This document shows, piece by piece, positions 39,851 to 49,563 of a stretch of 64,000 nt of DNA. The number at the start of each line of letters is the position of its first letter. The first letter of the stretch is position 1. A program made the translations under genes and the position numbers. The notes under the pieces were generated by a model, which saw nothing but the letters and a program-made list of their open reading frames with translations, searched no databases and was not told the DNA's origin. Where the stretch lies: contig CAVTRY010000023.1 in the NCBI GenBank assembly GCA_963737265.1, positions 160,001-224,000 of the forward strand, written 5' to 3'. This stretch comes from an uncultured delta proteobacterium (GTDB taxonomy: Bacteria; Myxococcota_A; Polyangia; Fen-1088).

Positions 39851-41252
39851 GCCGCACCCTTTCCATCGATCCCGTCACCCGCATCGAAGGTCACGCCAAG
39901 GTCCACATCGAAATAGGCGACGACGGCAAGGTGGGCGCCGCCACCATGCACGTGCTGGAATTTCGCGGCTTCGAGCGCTTCGTGCAGGGCATGCAAGCCG
40001 AGCTCATGCCCACCATCACCACGCGCATCTGCGGCACCTGCCCCCACGCCCATCACCTGGTCGCCGCCAAATGCCTGGACAAAATGTTTTCGGCGCCGCC
40101 GCCCAAGACCGCCTTGCTTTTGCGCCAGCTGCTCAATTGCGGCAGCATGATCCACTCGCACGCCATTCACTTCTTCGCCTTGGCTGGCCCGGATCTCTTC
40201 CTCGGCCCGTCGAGCCCGGTGGCCAAGCGCAATCTGGTCGGCTTGCTTGAAGTCGCGCCCGATTTGGCCAAGAAAGCGCTGCGTCTGCGCAGCATCGGAC
40301 AAAAAATCGTCGAGGCCGTGGGCGGGCGAGGCACCCACCCCGTCACCGCCGTGGCCGGCGGCATGTCGTGCAGCCTTGGCAAGGACAACCTTGAAACGCT
40401 GAAGGCCTTGACGAGCGAAGGCCTGGAACTCGCCAAGCTGGTGCTCGATGCCGGCAAGAAGGCGCTGCTCAAGGATGCCAGCCTGATGGCCCGACTGCCG
40501 CTGGCGGTTCACGATATGGGAACCCTGCAGGGCAACAAGCTCGATCTCTACGACGGAACCCTGCGCGTGCGGCGACCCGACGGAAGCGTTGCCCTGGATT
40601 TTCCGGCGCAAGACTACGCCAAGTACATGCGCGAGGAGGCCCTGCCGTACAGCTATGGCAAGCAGGTCTTGTTGCAAGACAAGGGTGGCGCTTCCCAGGT
40701 ATACCGCGTGGGACCGCTCGCCCGGCTCAATTGCGCCGAGGCCACCGGAACGCCGCTCGCCGATGCCGCCCTCGGCGACTTTAAAAAAATCTGCGGTGAT
40801 CCCACCAACAAAACCGTGGCAGGTCACTGGGCGCGTCTCGTAGAACTGCTCCACTGCGCCGAAAAGGCCGCGGCCATCCTGTGCGACGAGGCCATTCTGT
40901 CCGACGATGTACGCGCCAAGACGGGCGCGCTTAACCGGCACGCCGTCGCGCACGTCGAAGCTCCGCGTGGCGTGCTCATCCACGACTATCAAGTGGACGA
41001 GAACGCCATCATTCAGTCCGCCAATTTCGTGGTGGCGACCCAACACAACATCGCCAGCATCAACACCAGCATCAAGGATGCCGCCACCAGCCTGCTCGGC
41101 AAGAGCGACCAGGAACTGCTCGAACGGCGTCGAATTCGCGATCCGCTGTTACGACCCATGCCTGTCGTGCTCGAACCCATCGCGTGGGTCAGATGCCCAT
41201 GGAAATCAGCATTCATCGCAAGGGCGACTGCGTGCGCAACATTAGGCGTTAG
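39847..41252 (+). CDS. mvhA: [NiFe]-hydrogenase large subunit, MvhA-like (two apparent frameshifts at ~41122 and ~41174)
   Basis: IDPVTRIEGH, L1 RICGTCPHAH, YRVGPLARLN, VEAPRG; corrected C-terminus IRCYDPCLSCSTH followed by a cleavable tail RVGQMPMEI... Confidence 0.88.
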
Positions 41253-41265
41253 CGAGGAGATAGCC

Positions 41266-41985
41266 ATGCCCCATGTCCAAATCGAAGAGCCTGGCTGCCG
41301 CGACTGCGGCCTGTGCGTGGACATCTGTCCCACCGACGTGTTCGCGCGCGAGGAAGCCAAGAACATCGCCAAGGTCGCGCGCGAGGACGATTGCATCGGC
41401 TGCACATCGTGCGTGTACATCTGCCCCTCTCGTTGTCTCACCGTCACCGACGCCGTCGCGCAGCGTCCGTTCCATCGCATCGAGAAGAACGAGGCCTTGA
41501 TTTCGCACTTCCTGCAACAAACGCCGGCGACCGCGCAGCTTTCGCAGGCCGATTACGACGAGGCCTTGAAAGACACGCACGTGCGCTTGCGCGCCCTGGC
41601 CGACGCCTTGAAGGAAGTCATGGGACGCGGCCAAAAGGCAGTGGGCCGATCCGCGGGAACCCTGGCCGCCACGCACATGCCCGAGATGTACGAGACCAGC
41701 AACATCAACGACCTGCTCGCTGCCCTGCGCCGCCGCTTCGCCCATGCCTTCGAATTCGAAGCCAAGGTAGAGGGCGATGGCGACACCGTGACCCTGACCT
41801 TTCCCGGCTGCGCCCTTCGCAGCGTGGTGGCCGGGCAAGGCGAGGTGGTCGGCTCGGCCAACCTGTGCGACTTGTTCCACGAGTACTGGGCGGGCCTCAT
41901 GGGCGCCTTTGCCGGCCGCAACTACAGCGTGACCACGCTATCCACCGTCGGCCAGTGCTCGATGAAATTTCAGATTCGTGGTTAG
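41266..41985 (+). CDS. 2x[4Fe-4S] ferredoxin fused to a V4R-like domain
   Basis: Own RBS GAGGAG; CRDCGLCVDICP, CIGCTSCVYICP; C-terminal MGRG...GR.AG, FPGCALR, LCDLFHEYWAG, QCSM resembling the upstream V4R protein. Confidence 0.82.
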   Translation: MPHVQIEEPGCRDCGLCVDICPTDVFAREEAKNIAKVAREDDCIGCTSCVYICPSRCLTVTDAVAQRPFHRIEKNEALISHFLQQTPATAQLSQADYDEALKDTHVRLRALADALKEVMGRGQKAVGRSAGTLAATHMPEMYETSNINDLLAALRRRFAHAFEFEAKVEGDGDTVTLTFPGCALRSVVAGQGEVVGSANLCDLFHEYWAGLMGAFAGRNYSVTTLSTVGQCSMKFQIRG

Positions 41986-42019
41986 AACGACAACACCCAC
42001 TTACCAGGAGGATTGGATC

Positions 42020-42400
42020 ATGGCTTCGCGTACCGAAAAAATGCAGGACATCTTGCGCGGCCTTCGAGGGGCCTCGCCCGACATCATTGGCGCCGCCGTA
42101 GTCAGCATCGACGGCTTCATCGTCGCCTCCGTGCTGCCCGCGGAAGTCGACGAAGAATTGGTTTCGGGCATGGCGGCGGCCATGCTGGGCGTCGGCGAGC
42201 GCATCTCGTCCGAGCTCATGGCCTCGGTCATGGAACAAGTCTACGTCCGCAGCGAGAAGGGCTACGTCGTGCTTAACGCCGTCGGCGCCGACTCCGTGCT
42301 CGTCGTGCTGACCACCAAGGACGCCAAGCTCGGCCTCGTATTCATCGAGGTCAAGCGTCGCTGCGTCGAATTGGCCAAGGCGATTCAAGCGTCCGCGTAA
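42020..42400 (+). CDS. Roadblock/LC7 (MglB-like) protein
   Basis: IIGAAVVSIDGFIVAS, VSGMAAAML, QVYVRSEKGYV, AKLGLVF. Confidence 0.92.
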   Translation: MASRTEKMQDILRGLRGASPDIIGAAVVSIDGFIVASVLPAEVDEELVSGMAAAMLGVGERISSELMASVMEQVYVRSEKGYVVLNAVGADSVLVVLTTKDAKLGLVFIEVKRRCVELAKAIQASA

Positions 42401-43044
42401 TGACCTCCACGGGCGCACCCGTGGCAGGCACGATCGCAGCCGGTCGCCTGCCAGGGGCAAACCCCTCGCGCTTCTCGCCCGCCCAATCTGGCCTCATCGT
42501 TCTATTGCTTCTCGTTGGGGTCGCCGATCTGGCAGTGCTGGACGCGATGGTGTTGCCCCGCTACCTCGCCCTCAAGGCGAGTGCTGGTGTCGTCGTGCCC
42601 GCGCGAAACGAAACTGCGCCCGCGCCGATTCCACTCCCGACCGGCTTTCCCGCGCCGCCCGCGCCCCAGGTGGCGGAGATCCCCGCGCCGGCGATCCCGA
42701 CGGCCGAGACTCCCGAGGCTCTTCGGCCGCTGCTGTTCTGGCGAAACGCCTCGCTTCTCACGGAAGACGCCCAAAGCACACTCTCGCGCTTGCGTGACAT
42801 CATGGCCGCGCGGCCCGCATTACTAGTCCGTTTGAGCGGACACACCGACGATCTCGGGCCTGTCCCCGTCAATCGTGTGCTCTCCTGGCGACGGGCGCGC
42901 GCCGCCCAGGCATGGCTGGTCGAGCGCGGCATCGATAAAATGCGTATCGAGGTTCAGGGCTTGGGCGCCACCATGCCCGTGGATGGCGTCGTCGTTCCGT
43001 CGGCTCGTGCGAAAAATCGCCGGGTCGAGATCGAGTTTCGCTAG
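42400..43044 (+). CDS. Membrane-anchored OmpA-family peptidoglycan-binding protein
   Basis: TM helix, Pro-rich linker, SGHTDDLG...NRVLSWRRA...GLGA..P...NRRVEI; TAATG overlap. Confidence 0.88.
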   Translation: MTSTGAPVAGTIAAGRLPGANPSRFSPAQSGLIVLLLLVGVADLAVLDAMVLPRYLALKASAGVVVPARNETAPAPIPLPTGFPAPPAPQVAEIPAPAIPTAETPEALRPLLFWRNASLLTEDAQSTLSRLRDIMAARPALLVRLSGHTDDLGPVPVNRVLSWRRARAAQAWLVERGIDKMRIEVQGLGATMPVDGVVVPSARAKNRRVEIEFR

Positions 43045-43055
43045 AGGACCTATTC

Positions 43056-44910
43056 ATGTCGCTCCTTCACTTACTGATTCTCCTTAGCGCCGCTGGCGCG
43101 CTGGTGTTTTTTTTCACCGGGTGGCTGGCGCGCGGTGGGCGACGAACCGGTGCGGCCGAGGTCGCGCGCCAGGACCCTGAAACCCAAGCCGCGCGCGAGA
43201 CCGCGCAGGCCGTGGAGAGCGAGCGCAAGCGAGCGCACGAGCAACTGGAAGAGTTGCAGACGACCTTGAAGGAGACCGCGGCTCGTCTGCTTGCCGAACA
43301 ACAGCGATGCGCGACGGCCAGCGAGGCAAAGACAGCGGCCGAGCGTGAACGCGACGACGCGCAAGCAGAGGCGCAGCGCTTGCTTCGCGAGACCAAGACC
43401 CTCGGCGAACGCCTGCGTGCCGCCGAGACCCACAATCGGCAGGCGTTCGAACAAGAGGAGAGCACTGCCGAGGCGTGGGAGCGCCAGTTACAGGAGCAGA
43501 GGGCGGAGCAACTGCGACGGAAGGATATCGTCGATACCGAGTTGAAGAGCGTGCGCCAGGCGCTCGAACGAAGAGAAGGCCGCAAGCGCCCTGCTGGCGC
43601 AACGTGAGCAGACCGTGCAAGGCAGCAAAACCGAGCTTGAGCGCGAGCTTGCGCAAGCCCGGTCGGAACGGCAGCGCCACGAAGGCGACCTCAGAGTCTT
43701 GGCCGAGTCGCTCGGCCGCGCCGAGGAAGACAAGCGGGCAGCGGTGGTCTTGCAAGCCCAAAGCGAAGCGAGTTGGCGGCAGAAGCTGGAAACCACGTTG
43801 GCCAAGAGCGCGATTCAGGTATCCGAGCTTTCCGCCTCGTGGGCAGCAAAGCAAGATGGTCTTCTTGGCGATCTCCAGCGTCTGTCGGAAGAGCTATCGC
43901 GATGCAAAGCAGATTGCGACGAGCTGGCTACGCAAAACCACGAGCTTTCCGCCCAGCATCGCGTGGTCAGCGAGGCGCTGTCGGCGGTGGGCTCCACCGC
44001 GGCCACGGCACAAAACGAGTGGCACGAAGCACAGACGCGCCTGGCGGAGCTGGAGAACTTGCGGCGGGAAAACGCGGCCCTTCGCGAAGAAAAGTCGCAC
44101 GCAGAAGACTCGGCGCGAGAGCTAGCGGTACGCGGAGACGATGCACGCGAGGTGCGCGTCCAGCTCGCGGCCGCGCAAGCCAAGCTGTTCGAGCTGGAGC
44201 GGATTCTGGAAGAGAACCGCAAGCTGCGCGACGAGGCGGCGGATCTTCGCCAGCACGGCGAGGCCGCGTCAGAGCTGGAAAAACTGACTACCGAGCACAA
44301 GCGCCTCCGCCTCGACGCCGAGCTGATGGCCCGCCGACTGCTCGATCTCCAGCAAGACCAGAGCGAATTGGCCGATCTGCGCGCGCGGGCGCAGGACATG
44401 GCGGCGCTGGGCGGGGAAGTGGAATACCTGCGCCGGCGAGAAAAAGACTTGGAAGCTCGGCTTTATGCCAGCGGGCGCCTGACGCGGGACGATCTTCCCG
44501 CCATGACCGGCGTGCAGGCCCTGCACACCGTCGGCACCGACATGGAGGCGAGCTTGCACGCTCTGGTCCGCCCCGACGGCGCGCGGACCGCCGTGCTGGC
44601 CGACGTCCAGGGCTTCCTTATCGCCAGCGCGGGCGAAACCCATCCGCAGGAAGGACTGGCCGCCTTCGCCGCCATCGCCAGCGACATGGTCGCCCGCACG
44701 CGCATGCTGTTGCCGCTGGCCGATGTGTCCTCGGTGCGCATCAGCGATACCAATCAAATCGTTCTGTCATGCCGGCTCTTCGCCACCGGCGGTCAGGGTC
44801 TCGGGGTCGCCACCTTGGGTCCCGGCGAGCCAAGTCGCGAGGATGCGGATCGGGTGGTGAGCGAGCTGACGACGGCGGTCGTAGGCAAGACAGAGCCCAC
44901 CGACGAGTGA
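43056..44910 (+). CDS. Membrane-anchored long coiled-coil protein with C-terminal roadblock-like domain (frameshift at ~43568)
   Basis: N-terminal TM helix, ~430 aa rich in E/R/A/L heptads, C-terminal ARTAVLADVQGFLIAS...LAAFAA; one-base removal joins ORFs 43056-43607 and 43615-44910. Confidence 0.75.
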
Positions 44911-44927
44911 AGCCATCCCGCTTTCGC

Positions 44928-45485
44928 TCACGAATGACCGGGATCGGACTTGCCCAGCAGGATGTCCTCGATGGCCGGATCCACGTACCCTCGGCTGGCC
45001 TCGCGCCCCTGCGCAAGCTGCTCCTGGCTCGCGCCGATGGCTCGCAGCACATGGGCCACCGCTTCGGGAATAGCTTGGCGAACCTCGGCGGTCAGATCGC
45101 GGCCATAGCGATCGAAGCACTGCCCCTCGATACCGACGAAGACGATGGACGGTCGACGTCCGCCGGGGGCCATGCGCTCGGCGACGTCGATGAGCTCCGC
45201 GATGCCCACGGTGTGCGAAATCGCGGCGCCGGCGGCGTAACGGGCGATGGCCGCGCCTTCCATCGCGACGCACGTCCCGGCCGGACGCCCCGTGCTCATG
45301 GCATCGACCAGAATAATTCGTTCCGCCCCTTGCACGACCTCCAGCAGATCGAAACCGAGTTGAGGTGTTAGCTCGACGTGCACGCCCGGCGGCAACGACA
45401 ACGACGCCAGAATTCGTCCCACCCGAATCGCAACGCCGTCGTCGCAAACCAGTTCGTTGCCCAAACAGAAAATTCGCGTGTTCAT
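44928..45485 (-). CDS. Hydrogenase maturation endopeptidase (HycI/HybD family)
   Basis: LGNELVCDDGVA, IILVDAM, SHTVGI, FVGIEG, LTAEV. Confidence 0.9.
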   Translation of the reverse strand: MNTRIFCLGNELVCDDGVAIRVGRILASLSLPPGVHVELTPQLGFDLLEVVQGAERIILVDAMSTGRPAGTCVAMEGAAIARYAAGAAISHTVGIAELIDVAERMAPGGRRPSIVFVGIEGQCFDRYGRDLTAEVRQAIPEAVAHVLRAIGASQEQLAQGREASRGYVDPAIEDILLGKSDPGHS

Positions 45486-45554
45486 GACGTGCCGACGGGG
45501 ACTTGTCCCGTTGCAAATCCTACCACCGGTCGAGCAAAGTCATCGCTATTCTCC

Positions 45555-47030
45555 CTAGTACCAAGCCAACGCGCGGGGTGGCAGCTTATGCGATGGATCG
45601 GCGTTGGTCGTCGTTGTGGCCGAAAGGGTGCCGGCGACAAGATCGAACGCGCGAACGAAGGCCGCGCTGGTTGTCGTTCCGTCCGCGACCACGATGCGCC
45701 CCCTGTCCACATCGGCCAGCACCGCACCCAGGGAAAATCCCTCGGCCGAATCGAACACCTTTACGGGCTGGCCGCCCGTCATCGACAACGACCACAATCG
45801 ATCGGGCGGAGAATTCGACAGATCCCCAAGCGTCACCGCGGCGACGTTGTTTTCGCCGAGCGCCGCCAGCGACGAATTGGAAAAGGGCAAGCTGCCCACT
45901 GTCGCGGCACCAACCAGCGAGACAACCACGGGTGGGGCGACGCTCAAGTCGATAGCCGCGATGGCCGAAGTGGCCGCCTGCTGCGGTCCGTAGGCGCCAT
46001 CGCAAGCAACCAGGAGCTTGCGCTCGGCCGCAAGGTAGCTAAGCGCGCCGCAGTCTTTCGCCCCCGCAATGTCGATAGTCCCCACGACTTGGTCGAGATT
46101 CGGATCCACAACCACAACCCGCCCCACGCCGTAACTACCATAGTCAGCGGCAATTCCGTTGAGCGACACGAAGACCTTGCCCTCGGCCAAAAGCGCACGA
46201 TCGGCACGGGGCAAGATATTGGCACCAGCGGGCGCGTAGGGTTTCAAATCGATCCGCCCCAGAATCTTGAGCTGGCTTGGATCGACGATGAGGAGATCGT
46301 CGCCTTCGTCGAAATCGCCGGGTGCTGGCGTGGGCTTCGCGTTCTCTTCGAAGCGCGAAACGTATGCCTTGCTTGCCGACAGCGTCACCACGTCGTGGGG
46401 ATTCGAGGCGAAGCCGGTTCCGACGGCAAGCTGGCGGAGAGGCGCGCACGTCGCCGGGTCGAGCCAGGTCAACGCGGCGTTCTGCCGATCGATAATCACG
46501 ACCTCGCCACCAATTGTCGGCTGTGAAGGCAGCACCACGTCGCCTGTCAGGGTCATGGTGAACCCCTGCGGCCCGGAACCCGAATTGAAGCAACCGTCTT
46601 TGAGCAGGTTGCCGTCGCGATCGAGAAAGGAGATGGACGAGGATTGATAGTCGCTGTTCACGACCACGATTCCGTTCGGCGCGGTAATCGGGTTTGCCCC
46701 TGCCTCGGCCGGCGAGGCATCGACAGCGGCTGTGCTTGGCCCTGCCTCGGCCGGCGAGGCATCGACGGCACTGCTTGGCTGTGCTTCGGCCGCCGCGGCA
46801 TCGACAGCGGCAGTGCTTGGCCCTGCTTCGGCCGCCGTGGCATCGACGGCGGCAGTGCTTGGCCCTGCTTCGGCCGCCGTGGCGTCGACAGCGGCACCGC
46901 CGTCGATATTAGCGCCAGCGTTGGCGTCGACTGGAGGAGGACTGCCGGTGTTGCTGCCACACGCGCCAAAGGTGGATGCAACTACCAACGCCAAGAAGAA
47001 ACGACCCACAATTTCGAAACGACGATTCAT
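45555..47030 (-). CDS. Beta-propeller lipoprotein, BtuG/YncE-like putative cobalamin-binding partner
   Basis: Lipobox FGAC; NSDYQSSSIS, NPHDV, KAYVSRF, GDDLLIVD; directly downstream of the TonB-dependent receptor. Confidence 0.65.
   Translation of the reverse strand: MNRRFEIVGRFFLALVVASTFGACGSNTGSPPPVDANAGANIDGGAAVDATAAEAGPSTAAVDATAAEAGPSTAAVDAAAAEAQPSSAVDASPAEAGPSTAAVDASPAEAGANPITAPNGIVVVNSDYQSSSISFLDRDGNLLKDGCFNSGSGPQGFTMTLTGDVVLPSQPTIGGEVVIIDRQNAALTWLDPATCAPLRQLAVGTGFASNPHDVVTLSASKAYVSRFEENAKPTPAPGDFDEGDDLLIVDPSQLKILGRIDLKPYAPAGANILPRADRALLAEGKVFVSLNGIAADYGSYGVGRVVVVDPNLDQVVGTIDIAGAKDCGALSYLAAERKLLVACDGAYGPQQAATSAIAAIDLSVAPPVVVSLVGAATVGSLPFSNSSLAALGENNVAAVTLGDLSNSPPDRLWSLSMTGGQPVKVFDSAEGFSLGAVLADVDRGRIVVADGTTTSAAFVRAFDLVAGTLSATTTTNADPSHKLPPRALAWY
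46695..46895 (-). repeat. Intragenic ~42-bp tandem repeat encoding AAVDA(T/S)(A/P)AEAGPST
   Basis: About five copies forming a linker after the lipobox. Confidence 0.85.
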
Positions 47031-47032
47031 GT

Positions 47033-49120
47033 CTACTGTTCCTTTGTCTTGTTGTTTGCGGATGACCACGCAAGGGTCAGGTAAAACTCACGCCCGGGGA
47101 GCGGGTAATTGGCCAAATCGTAAACTGGAGAATTGGCGAGGTTTTGTGCACTGAACCGCATGGAGAGATTGGCGGGCAGGCCGGCGTAGACGCCGGCGCC
47201 AAAGAGCAGGCGCGGCGCGACTCGGTTCAGGTTGGTCGGATCGGTATAGTTGCCGCCGGTTGCATCCATGTCCACATACAGCCCGACTTGCGTGCGTGAT
47301 CTGAATTGGATTGCGCGCCATTCTGGCCGCGCGTAGAGACGGTACCGGGGACGCAACGGCAACTGGCGGCCGTTGGCCGCGACGACCGAGGACGTATCGC
47401 GGGCATCGGTATAGGTGCCAGCCGCGGCAATTCGCGCGTGGCTGCCGAATTCAAGCGACGCATTGCTCTCGACCCCGAGAATACGCGCGCTTCCGACGTT
47501 GTAGGCCCTGGCGCGCCCAACGCCGACCTTGTACTGAATCAGCTGGTTGGCCAGGCTAGCGAACAGAGCGGTAGACCAGGAAACGGCGATTGGTCCGCGC
47601 TTCCAGCACACAACCGGTCCGACGTCACCATTGAGCCCCGATTCCGGCACCAGTCCCGGGTTGCCCTGCAAGTAGCCAGTGTTGCCATAGAGCTCAATGG
47701 TGGACGGCAAACGCGCATAACGCCCTCCGTTCGCGCGCACAGCAATCCAGGATCCCATGTCCTTGACCAGCGACAAACGCGGGATGGGCAGAACGTGCGT
47801 GACCTCGCCCGAGGTAGGCTGGAATTGGCCAAGCAAGGAACGGCCCGAGGTGTCTTCGCGCGCGGCCTCGATGCGAAAGGAGGCGATGACGTCCAAGGTG
47901 ATGGGCTGGAGCCAGAAGTCGCTTTCAATTCCGGAGGCGCCAAAGACCCGTGTGGCCGGCGCGCCGTCGAGGCCGGTACCGACAGAGTCCGAAGGACGAA
48001 AACGGTCGAGACGTGCATCGAATACGCCGGACAAGCTCAGCCAAGGTCGAGCAAGTCGCCGCCAAGCGAGAGTGGCGCCCGCCGCGCGTGTTCGGTCGTA
48101 GGCATTGGTGGGGCTGGCATTGATCTGGTGGGCAAGATCTTCAAAGTGCGAAAGATCGTAGTCGCCGTAGGCCGTCGCGCGCAGGCGTCCCAGCAAGCCA
48201 CTGTCCCGGTTCGATTCAAAGGCCAGGATTCCCGTTGCACGCAGGGTGCCGAGACGCGCCGTCGGGTCTGCGATGCTTCCGATGCCGGGTAGCCCTTGGT
48301 CGCGGTCGAAAAAGATGAGCGAGGCCGTCAGGCGTCGGTCGCCCGGCAGATCCAACACAGCCTTCGCGGTGCCGTCAGCTTGATGAAGGTCATTGTTGCG
48401 TCGCTTGACCGTTCGGTCCTCGGTCACGTTCAGGGTCGTGCCCTGGGTATCGACGTAGGGAAAGTCGCCGTCGCTGGTGAGTAGATGGACGCCGCCGTAG
48501 ACGTGCCACCGTCCCGAATTCCACGAAGCGCGCCCGCCGCCGTAGTAGGTGCCAAACGAACCGCCGCCGGTCTCCAGCTCAACGCGGTTGTGCCTGGGCG
48601 CTGCCGTGGTGATGGAAACCACGCCGCCGATGGCCGAGGCGCCGAATCCGATGGGGCTCATACCACGGTAGATTTCGATGCGTTCCACGTCGCCGAGCGG
48701 AATGGCACCGAGATCCACGCCACCTCCCGTGGCCGTGTTGAAGGGAACGCCGTCCACGTAGACCAACACTTGATTGGCCGTCGAGCCGCGCAAAGACACG
48801 GTCGCGGTTGATCCCATGCCGCCCAAGCGGGTAACGGCCGTCCCCACTTGCTCCGACAAAAGCTGCGACACCGATTCCGCCGCACGCGGCGTGCGATCCT
48901 GCGTGATGACCGAGGCCGAGGCGGCGCGATCTTCGCGCGGCGCCTCGCCCGACGTGGGAGCCGCCACCACCACGGTCTCGTAAACCGATGGCTGGGCGAA
49001 CGCGGTTCGCGCATAGAACCCGGCCGCGCCGCAACCCTGCAGCGCAATCAGCGTCGTGAAATGATGGATGAACCGTCCACGGGCGTACCGCGCGCCCGTG
49101 CCAGGTCGATGGAACCGCAC
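47033..49120 (-). CDS. btuB: TonB-dependent receptor, probable cobalamin transporter
   Basis: TonB box ETVVV, plug VSLRGS...VLVYVDGVP...VERIEIYRG, ELYG...GNPGLVPE, YPLPGREFYL; riboswitch upstream; GTG start at 49120 inferred. Confidence 0.85.
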   Translation of the reverse strand: MRFHRPGTGARYARGRFIHHFTTLIALQGCGAAGFYARTAFAQPSVYETVVVAAPTSGEAPREDRAASASVITQDRTPRAAESVSQLLSEQVGTAVTRLGGMGSTATVSLRGSTANQVLVYVDGVPFNTATGGGVDLGAIPLGDVERIEIYRGMSPIGFGASAIGGVVSITTAAPRHNRVELETGGGSFGTYYGGGRASWNSGRWHVYGGVHLLTSDGDFPYVDTQGTTLNVTEDRTVKRRNNDLHQADGTAKAVLDLPGDRRLTASLIFFDRDQGLPGIGSIADPTARLGTLRATGILAFESNRDSGLLGRLRATAYGDYDLSHFEDLAHQINASPTNAYDRTRAAGATLAWRRLARPWLSLSGVFDARLDRFRPSDSVGTGLDGAPATRVFGASGIESDFWLQPITLDVIASFRIEAAREDTSGRSLLGQFQPTSGEVTHVLPIPRLSLVKDMGSWIAVRANGGRYARLPSTIELYGNTGYLQGNPGLVPESGLNGDVGPVVCWKRGPIAVSWSTALFASLANQLIQYKVGVGRARAYNVGSARILGVESNASLEFGSHARIAAAGTYTDARDTSSVVAANGRQLPLRPRYRLYARPEWRAIQFRSRTQVGLYVDMDATGGNYTDPTNLNRVAPRLLFGAGVYAGLPANLSMRFSAQNLANSPVYDLANYPLPGREFYLTLAWSSANNKTKEQ

Positions 49121-49204
49121 AAAAGACCCTTCTGCCCGCGCGGGAAGAAGGGTTCGGCTAACACCGGACGGCCTTCTCCGCGGAAGGACATTGGAAGTAC
49201 GTGG

Positions 49205-49390
49205 ATCGCGAGTGGATATCCTGGCTCGGAAGCAGCACGACAGGGTCGTGTGGCGTCGATTCTCGCCTTCCCAGGGCATGCACCCCAGTGGCGTCACGAG
49301 AATCTTCTTCTCCCTTACAGTGGCGGGACCGCGCCGGATTCGCACCGGCTTCCCCATTCAGAGGCGTGGCTACCTCTGACTCGCGATGGC
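49205..49390 (-). ncRNA. Cobalamin (AdoCbl) riboswitch
   Basis: Minus strand reads GGGAAgccGGTGcgAATCCggcgCGGTCCCGCCACTGTAA...GCCACTGGG...GGGAAGG...GAGCCAGGA. Confidence 0.93.
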
Positions 49391-49563
49391 TATTCAGTTT
49401 TCAGAACTGGGCGCACCCTAGTGATCCGGCGCGCGGCTGTCAAGCGCGTGTGCCTTTCTCGACGGAGGTGCGTCAGCCAAAGTTCTTCCCCTTGGGCTGA
49501 AACCTTTGCGGCATACCGGCAATCCAAGAGCAGCGCCGCTGTACTGCCGTGGCGTCTTCCAGC

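Noticed and set aside
39172-41985. 937-aa hydrogenase large subunit-ferredoxin-V4R fusion shown in the ORF track
   Set aside because: The essential DPCLSC motif is in another frame; correcting two insertions gives a stop at 41252, and the ferredoxin gene has its own RBS and ATG at 41266
49121-49357. N-terminal extension of the TonB-dependent receptor
   Set aside because: This is the cobalamin riboswitch read as protein
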